Counted from the first letter of the stretch, positions 8,317 to 18,042 are shown. The stretch is DNA of 33,532 bases from a virus (IMGVR_UViG_648276653_000018); one strand, 5' to 3'. The notes: a model not told the origin generated them from the letters alone. Translations and numbers: made by a program.

Positions 8317-9276
8317 GTGCACTCAGAAGAATTAAAAAATACACTTGGATTAGCTATTCAAATCGGGAAGCTAGCATCTGATCAAAGTGTATTAAAATTC
8401 TTTGAGCTTATCGATTTTGATGTTATTCGTGATATACGCGACTTAACTGAGATGGTTAATAGCCACGGGTTTCTAAAAGATAAAATATCTGAGACTGATT
8501 TTCTAATAGCGAACGCTGAATTGGAGAACCACCATGTTAATGGTGTGGAGCTAATACCATATGGGTCTGAATTCTATCCTCTTAGTTTAGCTTTTACTCC
8601 TAATCCACCATCAATTCTCTACATAAAAGGGGATAAAAGTATACTCAAAGAATTGCCGGGTGTCGCAATTGTAGGATCCCGTGATACCTCCCCTGCAGGG
8701 GAAGAAATAACGAGGCGGATCACTAATCAGATAGTGTCTGCTGGGTATATTGTTGTAAGTGGGTTAGCAATAGGCACTGATGCGAATGCTCACAAGGCAA
8801 CGTTACAGGCAAAAGGAAAAACCATTGCTGTCTTGGCGCATGGTCTTGAGGAGGCTAAGCCGAAGCAAAACAGTCGACTTGCTCAAGAGATTCTGGATAA
8901 AGGTGGTGCATGGATTTCTGAGTATCCTATGGGTCGGCCGGCCCAGAAACAATCATTTGTACAAAGAAATCGGATACAAGTTGGATTATCTGCAGGTTCA
9001 ATTTTAATCGAGGCTGCGTTAAATAGCGGAACGATAACTCAAGCTGAGTTTGCAAATAAGGCGAAAAGACCAGTGTTTGCGGTTGTACCTCACCTACCTA
9101 ATAATCCGCTTAATCTTAATTGTGAGGGAACAGTTGATTTAGTTAAGAGCAACATGGCTAGAGCGCTAAAAACAAAACGGGATTATGATGATGTGATTAT
9201 GATCATAAATGAGTCCCGGGAGTATTTGTTAGAGCTAAAATGGCCAGGGAAACAGAGTACATTAGACTTGATTTAA
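8317..9276 (+). CDS. DprA/Smf-like (SLOG-superfamily Rossmann) protein; candidate partner/antitoxin of the PRTase gene
   Basis: Motifs VAIVGSRDTSPAG, SGLAIGTDANAHKATL, KTIAVLAHGLEE, ISEYP, FVQRNRIQVGLSAGSILIEAALNSGT match the DprA Rossmann-fold pattern; GTG 8317 preceded by GAGGAG RBS lying inside the 3' end of the PRTase gene (ATG 8302 is an alternative start). Confidence 0.7.
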   Translation: MHSEELKNTLGLAIQIGKLASDQSVLKFFELIDFDVIRDIRDLTEMVNSHGFLKDKISETDFLIANAELENHHVNGVELIPYGSEFYPLSLAFTPNPPSILYIKGDKSILKELPGVAIVGSRDTSPAGEEITRRITNQIVSAGYIVVSGLAIGTDANAHKATLQAKGKTIAVLAHGLEEAKPKQNSRLAQEILDKGGAWISEYPMGRPAQKQSFVQRNRIQVGLSAGSILIEAALNSGTITQAEFANKAKRPVFAVVPHLPNNPLNLNCEGTVDLVKSNMARALKTKRDYDDVIMIINESREYLLELKWPGKQSTLDLI

Positions 9277-9300
9277 AGCGCCTCTTTTAGAGGCACTTTG

Positions 9301-10329
9301 CTAAATTTGATATCTCTCGAATTTTATAATTTCTTCACCGCTCCAATGATTAAATTCTTTCATTCTTTTTTGTAATGGTAATAATTCATTTTTCACAAAT
9401 ACCTTACTAGCTTTTTCTACATCCCCAAATCCCCCAACATTATTAGGCATTATCCCCATCATTTGTGGCGGCACACGATGCGCTGCCATCATGTCATCCC
9501 GACTCACGTTCTTGATGTTAAGAAATTCATCCTTCGCCGCGACTTCTGACAACGGGATGATCTGAAGCCCGTCCTTTTTGCCGTTAGGCGAGTACATAAA
9601 CAGGTTGCGGAAGTTGCCAGGGCCTTTGGCGCTTTTCATCGCATTGCGGAGGTTGTTCACATCCTCCTGGTTCTGCGCGGCATCGGTCATGTACATGATG
9701 AAGCCTGCATGACTGCCGTTAATGTAATACTTCCGGCGGAACAGCGTGGCGGACTCGTTGAGCAGGGCTGACGGAATGGCAGAAAGATAACCTGGCAGGC
9801 CGTAGATCTCCTGGTTGATGTCCGGTTCCATCAGATGAAAAATGCTGCCTTTCGTGAACTGATACGGCTGGGTTGTCATACCGTATTGCACAAACCAGTA
9901 GGTATCCAGGTCTAACCCGCGTCGGGTGTATTTTGCCAGAGCAGGCTCAAGGGCGATAACTTCACCGAAGCGGTTCGTGCGTTTCTCCAGGTAGGCGTTA
10001 CCAAATACCAGATAGTCCTGCACAAAACGTGAAAAAGCCTGCTGGCTGAGCAGCGGGTGAGGGATGTAGGTACTGGTCAGAATATTGCATTTCACCGCAA
10101 TCGGTGAGCTGTGATGCACGGCGGCGCGAAAGGTGCGCGCCAGCCCGTCAAAACTCACTGGCGGCTCATACCATCGATCTGTCTGTACGCATTCCACATA
10201 GTCCAGCAGTTCACGGCGGTCCAGAACAGGAACGGGATCGCCGAAGCTGAATGCTTCGGCTGAACTCTGGCTTTTATGCTGGATCTGATTCATCGCCGCT
10301 ACGCGGTTTTTTTTACTCTTTCCCATCAA
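9301..10329 (-). CDS. Q: portal protein (P2 gpQ-like)
   Basis: 342 aa ORF, minus strand, directly upstream of the terminase ATPase gene as in P2; size matches gpQ. Confidence 0.85.
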   Translation of the reverse strand: MMGKSKKNRVAAMNQIQHKSQSSAEAFSFGDPVPVLDRRELLDYVECVQTDRWYEPPVSFDGLARTFRAAVHHSSPIAVKCNILTSTYIPHPLLSQQAFSRFVQDYLVFGNAYLEKRTNRFGEVIALEPALAKYTRRGLDLDTYWFVQYGMTTQPYQFTKGSIFHLMEPDINQEIYGLPGYLSAIPSALLNESATLFRRKYYINGSHAGFIMYMTDAAQNQEDVNNLRNAMKSAKGPGNFRNLFMYSPNGKKDGLQIIPLSEVAAKDEFLNIKNVSRDDMMAAHRVPPQMMGIMPNNVGGFGDVEKASKVFVKNELLPLQKRMKEFNHWSGEEIIKFERYQI

Positions 10330-12092
10330 AAAATCTCCACAATATTGCTGGTATTGGCGGATTCGCCCTGCAGCGGTTCGTTAAACAATGCGTGCATCGT
10401 TGCCCAGGCCAGATCGGCGTGGCTGGCTTCTTCGCTGCGGCTGGCTTCATAGGTCGGGCGGTTGCCGCTGGCGGTGGTGGCGCGACGGATTGCCATAAAG
10501 GACTGCGCTATGTCGGTGTGCCCGGCGTCAAACTCCAGGCGGCGGTGGCTAATAATGTCGTAGGCCTTGAGTACCAGGGCGTTTTTAACGTTGGGGTTGT
10601 AGACAAACTCCCGGACGGCAGGAAAAAACGCTTTCACGTTCTCGTAAACCCCGTGACCGACGCCGGTTGAGTCGATACCGATGTATGTTACGTTGTACTG
10701 TTCAGTCAGTTTTTTGATGGCGTCAGCCTGGGCGCGGAAGTCCATCCCGCGCCACTGGTGACGCTCAAGAATGCGGAACTTACCGCCCGGCACGGCTGGC
10801 GGTGCCACCACCACGCACCCGGCGCTGTCGCCGTTTTGCGTACCTTTTGCCGGGTCATAACCGATCCACACTTCGCGCCAGCCAAACGGGCGCAGGGCCA
10901 GTGCATGAAAGTCGCTCCAGACTTCCCAACTGTCCACCATGCACGCCTGCAGCTCGCTGAGCGGGAACACGGACGCGAGATCGTCCACAAACTCGCACAT
11001 CAGCAGGTTCTGGTATTCGTCCGGGCTGTACTCCATGCGCAACTGATCGAGGTCGAAAAGGTTACATCCGCCGCGCACTGCATCTTCCACGGTGACTATC
11101 TGGCGGTATTGCCCGTCTGCGCACAGCAGGCCGGGGGCCAGATTGCTGTGGGACAGGTCGATGTCCACCTTATCGGCTTTGTTACGCCCACGGTTGAACA
11201 GCGCACCAGACCAGAACGGATAAGCACTGTGTGTCAGGCTGGATGGCGTGGAAAAATAGGTTTGTCGCCATTTTTTGTGAATAGCCATACCGGAAGCCAC
11301 TTTGCGCAGCTCCTGGAATTTCGGTATCCAGAAATATTCATCCAGATACAGGTTGCCGTGGTAACTCTGGGCCGTGCGGGCATTGGTGCCGAGGAAGTAA
11401 AGCGTGGCCCCGTTGGGAAGCACCATCGGATCGCCTTTCAGCTCCACCTCCACTTCTTTGGCGAAGTCGATGATGTACTGTTTAAAGACGTGGGCCTGTG
11501 CCTTACTGGCGGAAAGGAAAATCTGGTTACGTCCGGTAAGCAGGGCGTCAATCAGGGCTTCACGGGCAAAGTAAAAGGTCGCGCCGATCTGGCGTGACTT
11601 CAGCAGGTTGCGGATGCGGTTGGTTTTTCCGGCTTCCCACCAGTGGCGCTGGTAGTTGAACATGGAGGAATGGAAGATTTCTTCCAGCTTCTCAATCTGC
11701 TCATCGGTGAAAACATTCTTTTCCGGCTGACGGCGCGGGCCTTTGTTGCGGTTGGCGACGTTAGGGTTTAAGTCGGCTTCGTTGCCGCCATTGTTAAACT
11801 TGCCGATCCGCGCGTGGCGTTCCGACTGGCGCGCCAGCAGGTCAATCTCTTTGAAATCTTTCCCTTCTTTGTGCTCCTTCATAATGAGCTGGCAGTAGCG
11901 TGCGGCGGTGGTGAGCTGCATCTGATCCAGCGGCCCATAGTCACCCCACTTGTCGCGTTTCTTCCAGCTGTGAACGGTTGCAACTTTCTCGCCCAGCATT
12001 TCAGCAATGCGGGCTACACGGTATCCCTGAAAGTACAGCAGCATGGCCTGCCGACGGGGATCGAGATCTGCGGGTGTCAGTGTGGTGTTCAT
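10326..12092 (-). CDS. P: terminase large (ATPase) subunit (P2 gpP-like)
   Basis: 588 aa ORF overlapping Q by 4 nt; size and position match P2 gpP. Confidence 0.85.
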   Translation of the reverse strand: MNTTLTPADLDPRRQAMLLYFQGYRVARIAEMLGEKVATVHSWKKRDKWGDYGPLDQMQLTTAARYCQLIMKEHKEGKDFKEIDLLARQSERHARIGKFNNGGNEADLNPNVANRNKGPRRQPEKNVFTDEQIEKLEEIFHSSMFNYQRHWWEAGKTNRIRNLLKSRQIGATFYFAREALIDALLTGRNQIFLSASKAQAHVFKQYIIDFAKEVEVELKGDPMVLPNGATLYFLGTNARTAQSYHGNLYLDEYFWIPKFQELRKVASGMAIHKKWRQTYFSTPSSLTHSAYPFWSGALFNRGRNKADKVDIDLSHSNLAPGLLCADGQYRQIVTVEDAVRGGCNLFDLDQLRMEYSPDEYQNLLMCEFVDDLASVFPLSELQACMVDSWEVWSDFHALALRPFGWREVWIGYDPAKGTQNGDSAGCVVVAPPAVPGGKFRILERHQWRGMDFRAQADAIKKLTEQYNVTYIGIDSTGVGHGVYENVKAFFPAVREFVYNPNVKNALVLKAYDIISHRRLEFDAGHTDIAQSFMAIRRATTASGNRPTYEASRSEEASHADLAWATMHALFNEPLQGESANTSNIVEIF

Positions 12093-12234
12093 GGCACAAA
12101 CCTACAGCCTTGAATGAAGGCTTTCCCCGCCTGCGGTTTGTGTGGTAGTCGGTACAAATACCGCGCATTGTTTCACTGCCCCCATCACCGCAACCATAAG
12201 GCTCCAGTAAGTTTTTTCTAACGGAGCACGGCTC

Positions 12235-13068
12235 ATGACAGTGAAAGTAAAGCGTTTTCGCATCGGGGTGGAAGGTGCCACCACCGACGGACGCGAAATC
12301 CAGCGTGAATGGCTGGAACAGATGGCAGCCAGCTACAACCCGACGGTGTACACCGCGCTGATTAACCTTGAGCACATCAAGTCTTATCTGCCGGACAGCA
12401 CCTTTAACCGCTACGGCAAGGTGACGGCGCTGTTTGCTGAAGAAATCACGGAAGGTCCGCTGGCAGGCAAGATGGCGCTGTATGCCGACGTTGAGCCAAC
12501 GGAGTCCCTGGTGGAGCTGGTGAAAAAAGGCCAGAAATTATTCACCTCTATGGAAGTCAGCCCGAAGTTCGCTGATACGGGCAAAGCCTACCTGGTCGGC
12601 CTGGCTGCCACTGATGACCCTGCCAGTCTGGGCACTGAAATGCTGACATTCAGCGCCAGTGCAGCCCATAACCCGCTGGCAAACCGCAAGCAGAATCCTG
12701 CCAATCTCTTTACCGCTGCAGAGGAAACGGTGATCGAACTGGAAGAAATCCAGGATGACAAACCGTCCCTGTTTGCCCGTGTCACGGCGCTGTTCACCAA
12801 AAAAGAGCAGTCCGATGACGCCCGGTTCTCTGATGTGCATAAGGCCGTGGAGCTGGTCGCCACTGAGCAGCAGAACCTGAGCGCACGCACCGAAAAATCC
12901 CTGTCTGAGCAGGAAGAACGCCTGTCTGAACTGGAGACTGCTCTGCAGGAGCAGCAAACCGCCTTTAACGAACTGGTGAATAAGCTGAGTCATGAAGACA
13001 GCCGCCAGGACTACCGCCAGCGTGCAACAGGCGGTAACGCCCCCGCTGACACTCTGACCAATTGCTGA
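12235..13068 (+). CDS. O: capsid scaffolding protein (P2 gpO-like)
   Basis: 277 aa; divergent from P/Q; coiled-coil-like C-terminal region; canonical position. Confidence 0.8.
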   Translation: MTVKVKRFRIGVEGATTDGREIQREWLEQMAASYNPTVYTALINLEHIKSYLPDSTFNRYGKVTALFAEEITEGPLAGKMALYADVEPTESLVELVKKGQKLFTSMEVSPKFADTGKAYLVGLAATDDPASLGTEMLTFSASAAHNPLANRKQNPANLFTAAEETVIELEEIQDDKPSLFARVTALFTKKEQSDDARFSDVHKAVELVATEQQNLSARTEKSLSEQEERLSELETALQEQQTAFNELVNKLSHEDSRQDYRQRATGGNAPADTLTNC

Positions 13069-13084
13069 TGGAGCACAAAACCTG

Positions 13085-14143
13085 ATGAAGAAGAATACCC
13101 GCTTTGCTTTTAAGGCTTACCTGCAGCAGCTGGCGCGTCTGAACGGTGTGGCAGTTGAAGAACTGTCCAGCAAGTTCACCGTGGAGCCGTCTGTACAGCA
13201 GACGCTGGAAGACCAGATCCAGCAGTCCGCCGCTTTCCTGACGCTGATTAACGTCACGCCAGTGACTGAGCAGTCCGGTCAGCTGCTGGGGTTGGGGGTT
13301 GGTAGCACCATTGCCGGAACCACTGACACCACCGCGAAAGAGCGTGAACCTGTCGATCCTACGCTGATGGTCGATGTGGAATACAAATGCGAGCAGACCA
13401 ACTTTGACACGGTACTGACCTACGCGAAGCTGGACCTGTGGGCGAAGTTTCAGGATTTCCAGGTGCGTATCCGTGACGCCATCGTGAAACGTCAGGCACT
13501 GGACCGCATCATGATCGGCTTTAACGGCGTGAAGCGTGCGAAAACCTCCAACCGTAGCGAAAACCCGCTGCTGCAGGATGTGAACAAAGGCTGGCTGCAG
13601 AAAATCCGTGAAGATGCACCGGATCACGTCATGGGCAGCACCACCACGGGCGGTGAAACCACACCGGGCGCGGTGAAAGTCGGCAAAGGTGGCGAATATG
13701 CCAACCTGGACGCCGTAGTGATGGATGCCGTTAATGAGCTTATCGACGTGGTCTACCAGGACGATGACGATCTGGTGGTGATTTGCGGTCGTGAACTGCT
13801 GTCTGACAAGTATTTCCCGCTGGTCAACAAAGAGCAGGAAAACAGTGAAAAACTGGCTGCCGATATGATCATCAGCCAGAAACGCATGGGGGGCCTGCAG
13901 GCCGTGCGTGCGCCGTTCTTCCCGCCGAATGCGCTGCTGATCACCCGTCTGGATAACCTGTCCATCTACTGGCAGGAAGACACCCGCCGCCGTTCAGTTA
14001 TCGACAACCCGAAACGTGACCGGATTGAAAACTTTGAATCCGTTAACGAAGCCTACGTGGTTGAGGACTACCGCTGCGCCGCACTGGTGGAAAACATCCA
14101 GATTGGCGATTTCAGCGCCGCCGCAGCAGAAGCCGGAGCGTAA
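13085..14143 (+). CDS. N: major capsid protein (P2 gpN-like)
   Basis: 352 aa ORF following scaffold gene; size matches gpN. Confidence 0.85.
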   Translation: MKKNTRFAFKAYLQQLARLNGVAVEELSSKFTVEPSVQQTLEDQIQQSAAFLTLINVTPVTEQSGQLLGLGVGSTIAGTTDTTAKEREPVDPTLMVDVEYKCEQTNFDTVLTYAKLDLWAKFQDFQVRIRDAIVKRQALDRIMIGFNGVKRAKTSNRSENPLLQDVNKGWLQKIREDAPDHVMGSTTTGGETTPGAVKVGKGGEYANLDAVVMDAVNELIDVVYQDDDDLVVICGRELLSDKYFPLVNKEQENSEKLAADMIISQKRMGGLQAVRAPFFPPNALLITRLDNLSIYWQEDTRRRSVIDNPKRDRIENFESVNEAYVVEDYRCAALVENIQIGDFSAAAAEAGA

Positions 14144-14146
14144 CCC

Positions 14147-14797
14147 ATGAGCCTGAGTCCCGCACGGCAGCATCGCCTGCGCGTTCAGGCTGAACAGGCC
14201 GCCCGTGAGGGCGGCAGCGTTCGCCACGCGTCGGGCTATGACCTGATGCTGCTGCAACTGGCGGAAGACCGCCGCCGTCTCAAGGGCGTTCAGTCCACGG
14301 TCAAAAAAGCGGAAATCAAAGTGGAGCTGCTGCCGAAGTACGCCGCCTGGGCGGAGGGGGTCCTGGCTGCCGGAGGCGCGCAACAGGATGACGTGCTGAT
14401 GTACGTGATGCTGTGGCGTATTGATGCCGGAGATTATGCCGGGGCGCTGGAGATCGGGCGTCATGCCCTGCGTCATGGCTGGGTGATGCCGCTGGGTAAC
14501 CGCAACGTGCAGACCGTGCTGGCAGAGGAAATGGCAGACGCCGCGCAGAGCGCAATGCTTGCCGCCACCGGCTTTGATGCCGATCCGCTGCTGCAGACGC
14601 TGGAGATGACAGACGGTCTGGATATGCCGGATCAGTCACGGGCGCGACTGCATAAAGCCATTGGTGCGGTCCTGAGCGAAAGCAACCCGGCCTCCGCCCT
14701 GAACCACCTTACCCATGCGCTGCAACTCGATCCCCGCTGTGGCGTGAAAAAAGACAAACAGCAGCTGGAGCGCAGACTGCGCAATGACAGCCGCTGA
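14147..14797 (+). CDS. M: terminase small/endonuclease subunit (P2 gpM-like)
   Basis: 216 aa ORF directly after capsid gene. Confidence 0.8.
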   Translation: MSLSPARQHRLRVQAEQAAREGGSVRHASGYDLMLLQLAEDRRRLKGVQSTVKKAEIKVELLPKYAAWAEGVLAAGGAQQDDVLMYVMLWRIDAGDYAGALEIGRHALRHGWVMPLGNRNVQTVLAEEMADAAQSAMLAATGFDADPLLQTLEMTDGLDMPDQSRARLHKAIGAVLSESNPASALNHLTHALQLDPRCGVKKDKQQLERRLRNDSR

Positions 14798-14892
14798 CAG
14801 AACGTGCCCCCGCGCACGGGCGGCACGGGGTGGCGAAAGGCACTGCCACATCAAAACCCCGTCCACCGCCCTCTATTTCAGGAGAAAGCAGC

Positions 14893-15357
14893 ATGAAGTT
14901 TGTTGCGCCAGAACAGGCACCGGAACAGGCGGAAATCATCAGAAATACGCCGTTCTGGCCTGATGTGGACCTGTCGGAGTTTCGCAGTGTGATGCGCACT
15001 GACGGCACGGTGACGCAGCCGCGTTTAAAGCAGGTTGCGCTGTCGGCAATTTCGGAGGTCAACGCAGAGCTGTATGAGTTTCGCAGACGCCAGCAGATGC
15101 TGGGGTATGCCTCGCTGGCAGAGGTTCCGGCGGAACAGCTGGACGGGAAAAGTGAGCGCATTCAGCACTATTTCAACGCGGTTTACTGCTGGGCACGCGC
15201 CATGCTCAACGAGCGTTATCAGGACTATGACGCCACGGCATCCGGTGTGAAGCGGGGCGAGGAACTGGCGGAAGCCAGCGGTGATTTGTGGCGTGACGCC
15301 CGCTGGGCCATCAGCCGGGTGCAGGACGCGCCGCACTGCACAGTGGAGCTTATCTGA
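14893..15357 (+). CDS. L: head completion/stabilisation protein (P2 gpL-like)
   Basis: ORF with AGGAG RBS before ATG 14893; position after M. Confidence 0.75.
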   Translation: MKFVAPEQAPEQAEIIRNTPFWPDVDLSEFRSVMRTDGTVTQPRLKQVALSAISEVNAELYEFRRRQQMLGYASLAEVPAEQLDGKSERIQHYFNAVYCWARAMLNERYQDYDATASGVKRGEELAEASGDLWRDARWAISRVQDAPHCTVELI

Positions 15358-15560
15358 TGAAAGTGCGAGCGCATCAGTATGACACGGTGGATGCACTTTG
15401 CTGGCGTCATTACGGGCGCACGCAGGGTGTCACGGAGCAGGTACTGAAGGCAAATCCGGGGCTTGCCGAATACGGCCCCTTTTTACCTCACGGGCTGCAG
15501 GTGGAGCTGCCGGACATTCCGACAACCACCACCGTGCAGACCGTCCAGCTATGGGACTGA
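15357..15560 (+). CDS. X: tail protein X-like (P2 gpX)
   Basis: 67 aa ORF, same size and position as P2 gpX. Confidence 0.7.
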   Translation: MKVRAHQYDTVDALCWRHYGRTQGVTEQVLKANPGLAEYGPFLPHGLQVELPDIPTTTTVQTVQLWD

Positions 15561-15563
15561 ATT

Positions 15564-15779
15564 ATGACGCTTGAGCGAATCAGCGCCTTTATCACGTATT
15601 GCATCGCCGTCGTGCTGGCCTGGCTGGGCGATTTGTCCATCAAGGATGCCTCAACGCTGGGCGGCCTGATGATCGGTGTGCTGATGCTGGCTATCAACTG
15701 GTACTACAAACACAAAGCCTACCAGCTTCTGCGCGACGGGCAGATCTCGCGGGAGGACTATGAATCCATCAATCGTTAA
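15564..15779 (+). CDS. holin
   Basis: 71 aa with two hydrophobic helices (ISAFITYCIAVVLAWLG; LGGLMIGVLMLAINWYY) and charged C-terminus; immediately upstream of endolysin. Confidence 0.75.
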   Translation: MTLERISAFITYCIAVVLAWLGDLSIKDASTLGGLMIGVLMLAINWYYKHKAYQLLRDGQISREDYESINR

Positions 15780-16272
15780 ACGCTGCCTTGTCGGGGCTGT
15801 GCTGGCTATTGCTGCCACGCTGCCGGGTTTTCAGCAGCTTCACACCTCCGTGGAGGGACTGAAACTGATCGCCGATTACGAAGGCTGTCGTCTGCAGCCG
15901 TATCAGTGCAGCGCGGGTGTCTGGACCGACGGCATTGGTAATACATCGGGCGTCATTCCCGGCAAAACAATCACGGAACGACAGGCAGCAGAAGGGCTGA
16001 TCTCCAACGTGCTGCGTGTGGAGCGGGCGCTGGAAAGGTGTGTGAAGCAACAGCCACCGCTGAAGGTGTATGACGCTACGGTGTCGTTTGCCTTCAACGT
16101 GGGGACGGGCAATGCCTGCAGTTCCACGCTGGTGAAATTGCTCAATCAGCGGCGCTGGGCAGATGCGTGCCGACAGTTGCCGCGCTGGGTTTATGTGAAA
16201 GGTGTTTTTAATCAGGGGCTGGATAACCGCCGTGCGCGGGAGATGGCCTGGTGCTTACAGGGAGCAAACTGA
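15760..16272 (+). CDS. endolysin, lysozyme (GH24-like) with N-terminal signal-anchor-release (SAR)-type hydrophobic segment
   Basis: N-terminal CLVGAVLAIAATLPG followed by catalytic E-x8-D-x5-T pattern (EGLKLIADYEGCRLQPYQCSAGVWT). Confidence 0.8.
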   Translation: MNPSIVKRCLVGAVLAIAATLPGFQQLHTSVEGLKLIADYEGCRLQPYQCSAGVWTDGIGNTSGVIPGKTITERQAAEGLISNVLRVERALERCVKQQPPLKVYDATVSFAFNVGTGNACSSTLVKLLNQRRWADACRQLPRWVYVKGVFNQGLDNRRAREMAWCLQGAN

Positions 16273-16273
16273 A

Positions 16274-16651
16274 ATGAAAAAGAAAGTAATCAGCGGGCTG
16301 TTTCTGATGTTATGGATAGATCTGTTAATCGCCGTAATGGTGTATCCGCAGGGGATTTTTCCGGTACTGGCAGCATCTGGTGTCTGGGTAGCCTGTCTGC
16401 TGACATGGGCAGTAATTCCGGTATCACTGGCTGCGTTAATTAAGAACGGCCCGCTCTGGCAGGAGTTGAGGGCATCTTTGCTGAAGACAATTACCCGAAA
16501 AGAAAACGTATTTATCAGCTGGATGATGCGATTGCTGATTGTCGTCAGTCTCGCCTGGACGGGGTGGGCTATTACCCTGGTCTTTTTTCTGCTGACCGTT
16601 ATTGCCTTTTGGATGACCCGTAATCAGATTGCGCAACAGGTATCAGCATGA
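16274..16651 (+). CDS. LysA-like membrane protein (lysis accessory)
   Basis: 125 aa, multiple hydrophobic helices; position between endolysin and Rz as for P2 lysA. Confidence 0.6.
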   Translation: MKKKVISGLFLMLWIDLLIAVMVYPQGIFPVLAASGVWVACLLTWAVIPVSLAALIKNGPLWQELRASLLKTITRKENVFISWMMRLLIVVSLAWTGWAITLVFFLLTVIAFWMTRNQIAQQVSA

Positions 16652-17076
16652 ACCGGTTGCTGCTGGTTGTGCTGGCGTTATTACTGGCGGCGCTGGGCTG
16701 GCAGACGTGGCGGCTGGCTGATGCCAGCCAGACCATCAGCACGCAGGCAGACGAGCTGCAGAGCAAAAGCCAGGCACTGGCAAAGAGCAACAGCCAGCTT
16801 ATCAGCCTGTCCATTCTGACTGAAACCAATAACCGGGAGCAGGCGCGGCTCTATGCCGAAGCAGAACAGACCAGCGCGCTGCTGAGACAACGACAACACC
16901 GGATCGAGGAACTGAAACGTGAGAACGAGGATTTACGCCGCTGGGCTGATACTACTTTGCCTGCTGACATTATCCGGCTGCGGGAACGTCCGGCACTCAC
17001 CGGAGGTACGGCTTACCGTCAGTGGTTGTCCGCGAGTGACGCCGTGTCGGCTGGATCAGGCAACGCCGCGCACTAA
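16648..17076 (+). CDS. i-spanin Rz/LysB-like
   Basis: N-terminal TM (LLLVVLALLLAALGW) followed by coiled-coil-rich periplasmic region; position after lysA. Confidence 0.75.
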   Translation: MNRLLLVVLALLLAALGWQTWRLADASQTISTQADELQSKSQALAKSNSQLISLSILTETNNREQARLYAEAEQTSALLRQRQHRIEELKRENEDLRRWADTTLPADIIRLRERPALTGGTAYRQWLSASDAVSAGSGNAAH

Positions 17077-17209
17077 CGGTGATCTGAACGCGTTGCTGGA
17101 TGAAACGGAGGCCGCCTGGGCTGTCTGTGCAGACAAAGTGGACATGATTATTGCGTGTCAGGAGCGAAACAGTGAACAAACCACAATCCCTGCGCCACGC
17201 ACTCAATAA
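16919..17209 (+). CDS. o-spanin Rz1/LysC-like lipoprotein, starting inside Rz in the +1 frame and extending past it
   Basis: GTG start with GAGGA RBS; signal peptide plus lipobox LTLSGC; overlapping-gene architecture typical of P2 lysB/lysC. Confidence 0.65.
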   Translation: MRTRIYAAGLILLCLLTLSGCGNVRHSPEVRLTVSGCPRVTPCRLDQATPRTNGDLNALLDETEAAWAVCADKVDMIIACQERNSEQTTIPAPRTQ

Positions 17210-17603
17210 AGCAGTGCCTTATGTCCGCAATAACCCGGACAAACTGCATCTGTTTGTGGATAACGGTTCGCTGGTTGCCACGGGGGCCAGCTCCATGTCA
17301 TGGGAGTACCGTTACACACTGAACGCGGTGATTGAGGATTTCAGCGGCGACCAGAATCTGCTGATGGCCCCGGTTTTGCTGTGGCTGAGGGATAACCAGC
17401 CCGATGCCATCAATAACCCGGCGTTACGGGAAAAACTATTCACCTTTGAGGTGGATATTCTGCGCAACGATGTCTGTGATATCAGCTTGAACCTGCAACT
17501 GACGGAACGTGTGCTGGTCAGCACTGACGGCAGTGTGTCGAGCGTTGAAGCTGTAGCGGAACCCGATGAACCTGAAGAAATGTGGACGGTGAAACGTGGC
17601 TGA
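17172..17603 (+). CDS. R: tail completion protein R (P2 gpR-like)
   Basis: GTG start after AGGAG RBS; PDKLHLFVDNGSL...LNLQLTERVLV pattern resembles P2 gpR. Confidence 0.8.
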   Translation: MNKPQSLRHALNKAVPYVRNNPDKLHLFVDNGSLVATGASSMSWEYRYTLNAVIEDFSGDQNLLMAPVLLWLRDNQPDAINNPALREKLFTFEVDILRNDVCDISLNLQLTERVLVSTDGSVSSVEAVAEPDEPEEMWTVKRG

Positions 17604-18042
17604 ACTGCAGAAAGTGGACGACTGGCTGAGTGCCTTGCTGGCGAATCTGGAACCAGCCGCCAGAAGCCGCATGATGCGCCAGCTGGCGCAGGAACTGCGC
17701 CGGACACAGCAGCAGAATATCAGGATGCAGCGCAACCCTGACGGCAGCAGCTATGAACCGCGACGGGTAACAGCACGAAGTAAAAAAGGGCGCATCAAAC
17801 GTCAGATGTTTGCAAAGCTGCGCACCACAAAATACCTGAAAACCGCCGCCAGCGCGGATTCTGCCAGCGTACAGTTTGAAGGTAAGGTGCAGCGCATTGC
17901 CCGTGTTCACCATTACGGCTTGCGCGATCGCGTCAGTAGCAAAGGACCTGAGGTCCGTTACGCAGAACGCCGCCTTCTGGGTGTAAATGATGATGTTGAG
18001 GCAATGACCCGCGACATGATTCTGCAATGGCTGGCGGGGTGA
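17596..18042 (+). CDS. S: tail completion protein S (P2 gpS-like)
   Basis: 148 aa ORF overlapping R stop; canonical position. Confidence 0.8.
   Translation: MAELQKVDDWLSALLANLEPAARSRMMRQLAQELRRTQQQNIRMQRNPDGSSYEPRRVTARSKKGRIKRQMFAKLRTTKYLKTAASADSASVQFEGKVQRIARVHHYGLRDRVSSKGPEVRYAERRLLGVNDDVEAMTRDMILQWLAG

Noticed and set aside
10758-11597. 279-aa plus-strand ORF antisense to terminase P (also 10251-10670 and 11814-12113)
   Set aside because: Fully embedded antisense in the terminase ATPase gene, with an arginine/histidine-rich nonsense-like translation; no independent support.
12965-13627. 220-aa minus-strand ORF overlapping scaffold/capsid genes (also 12538-12993 and 13994-14476)
   Set aside because: Antisense to strongly supported O/N/M genes; likely spurious.
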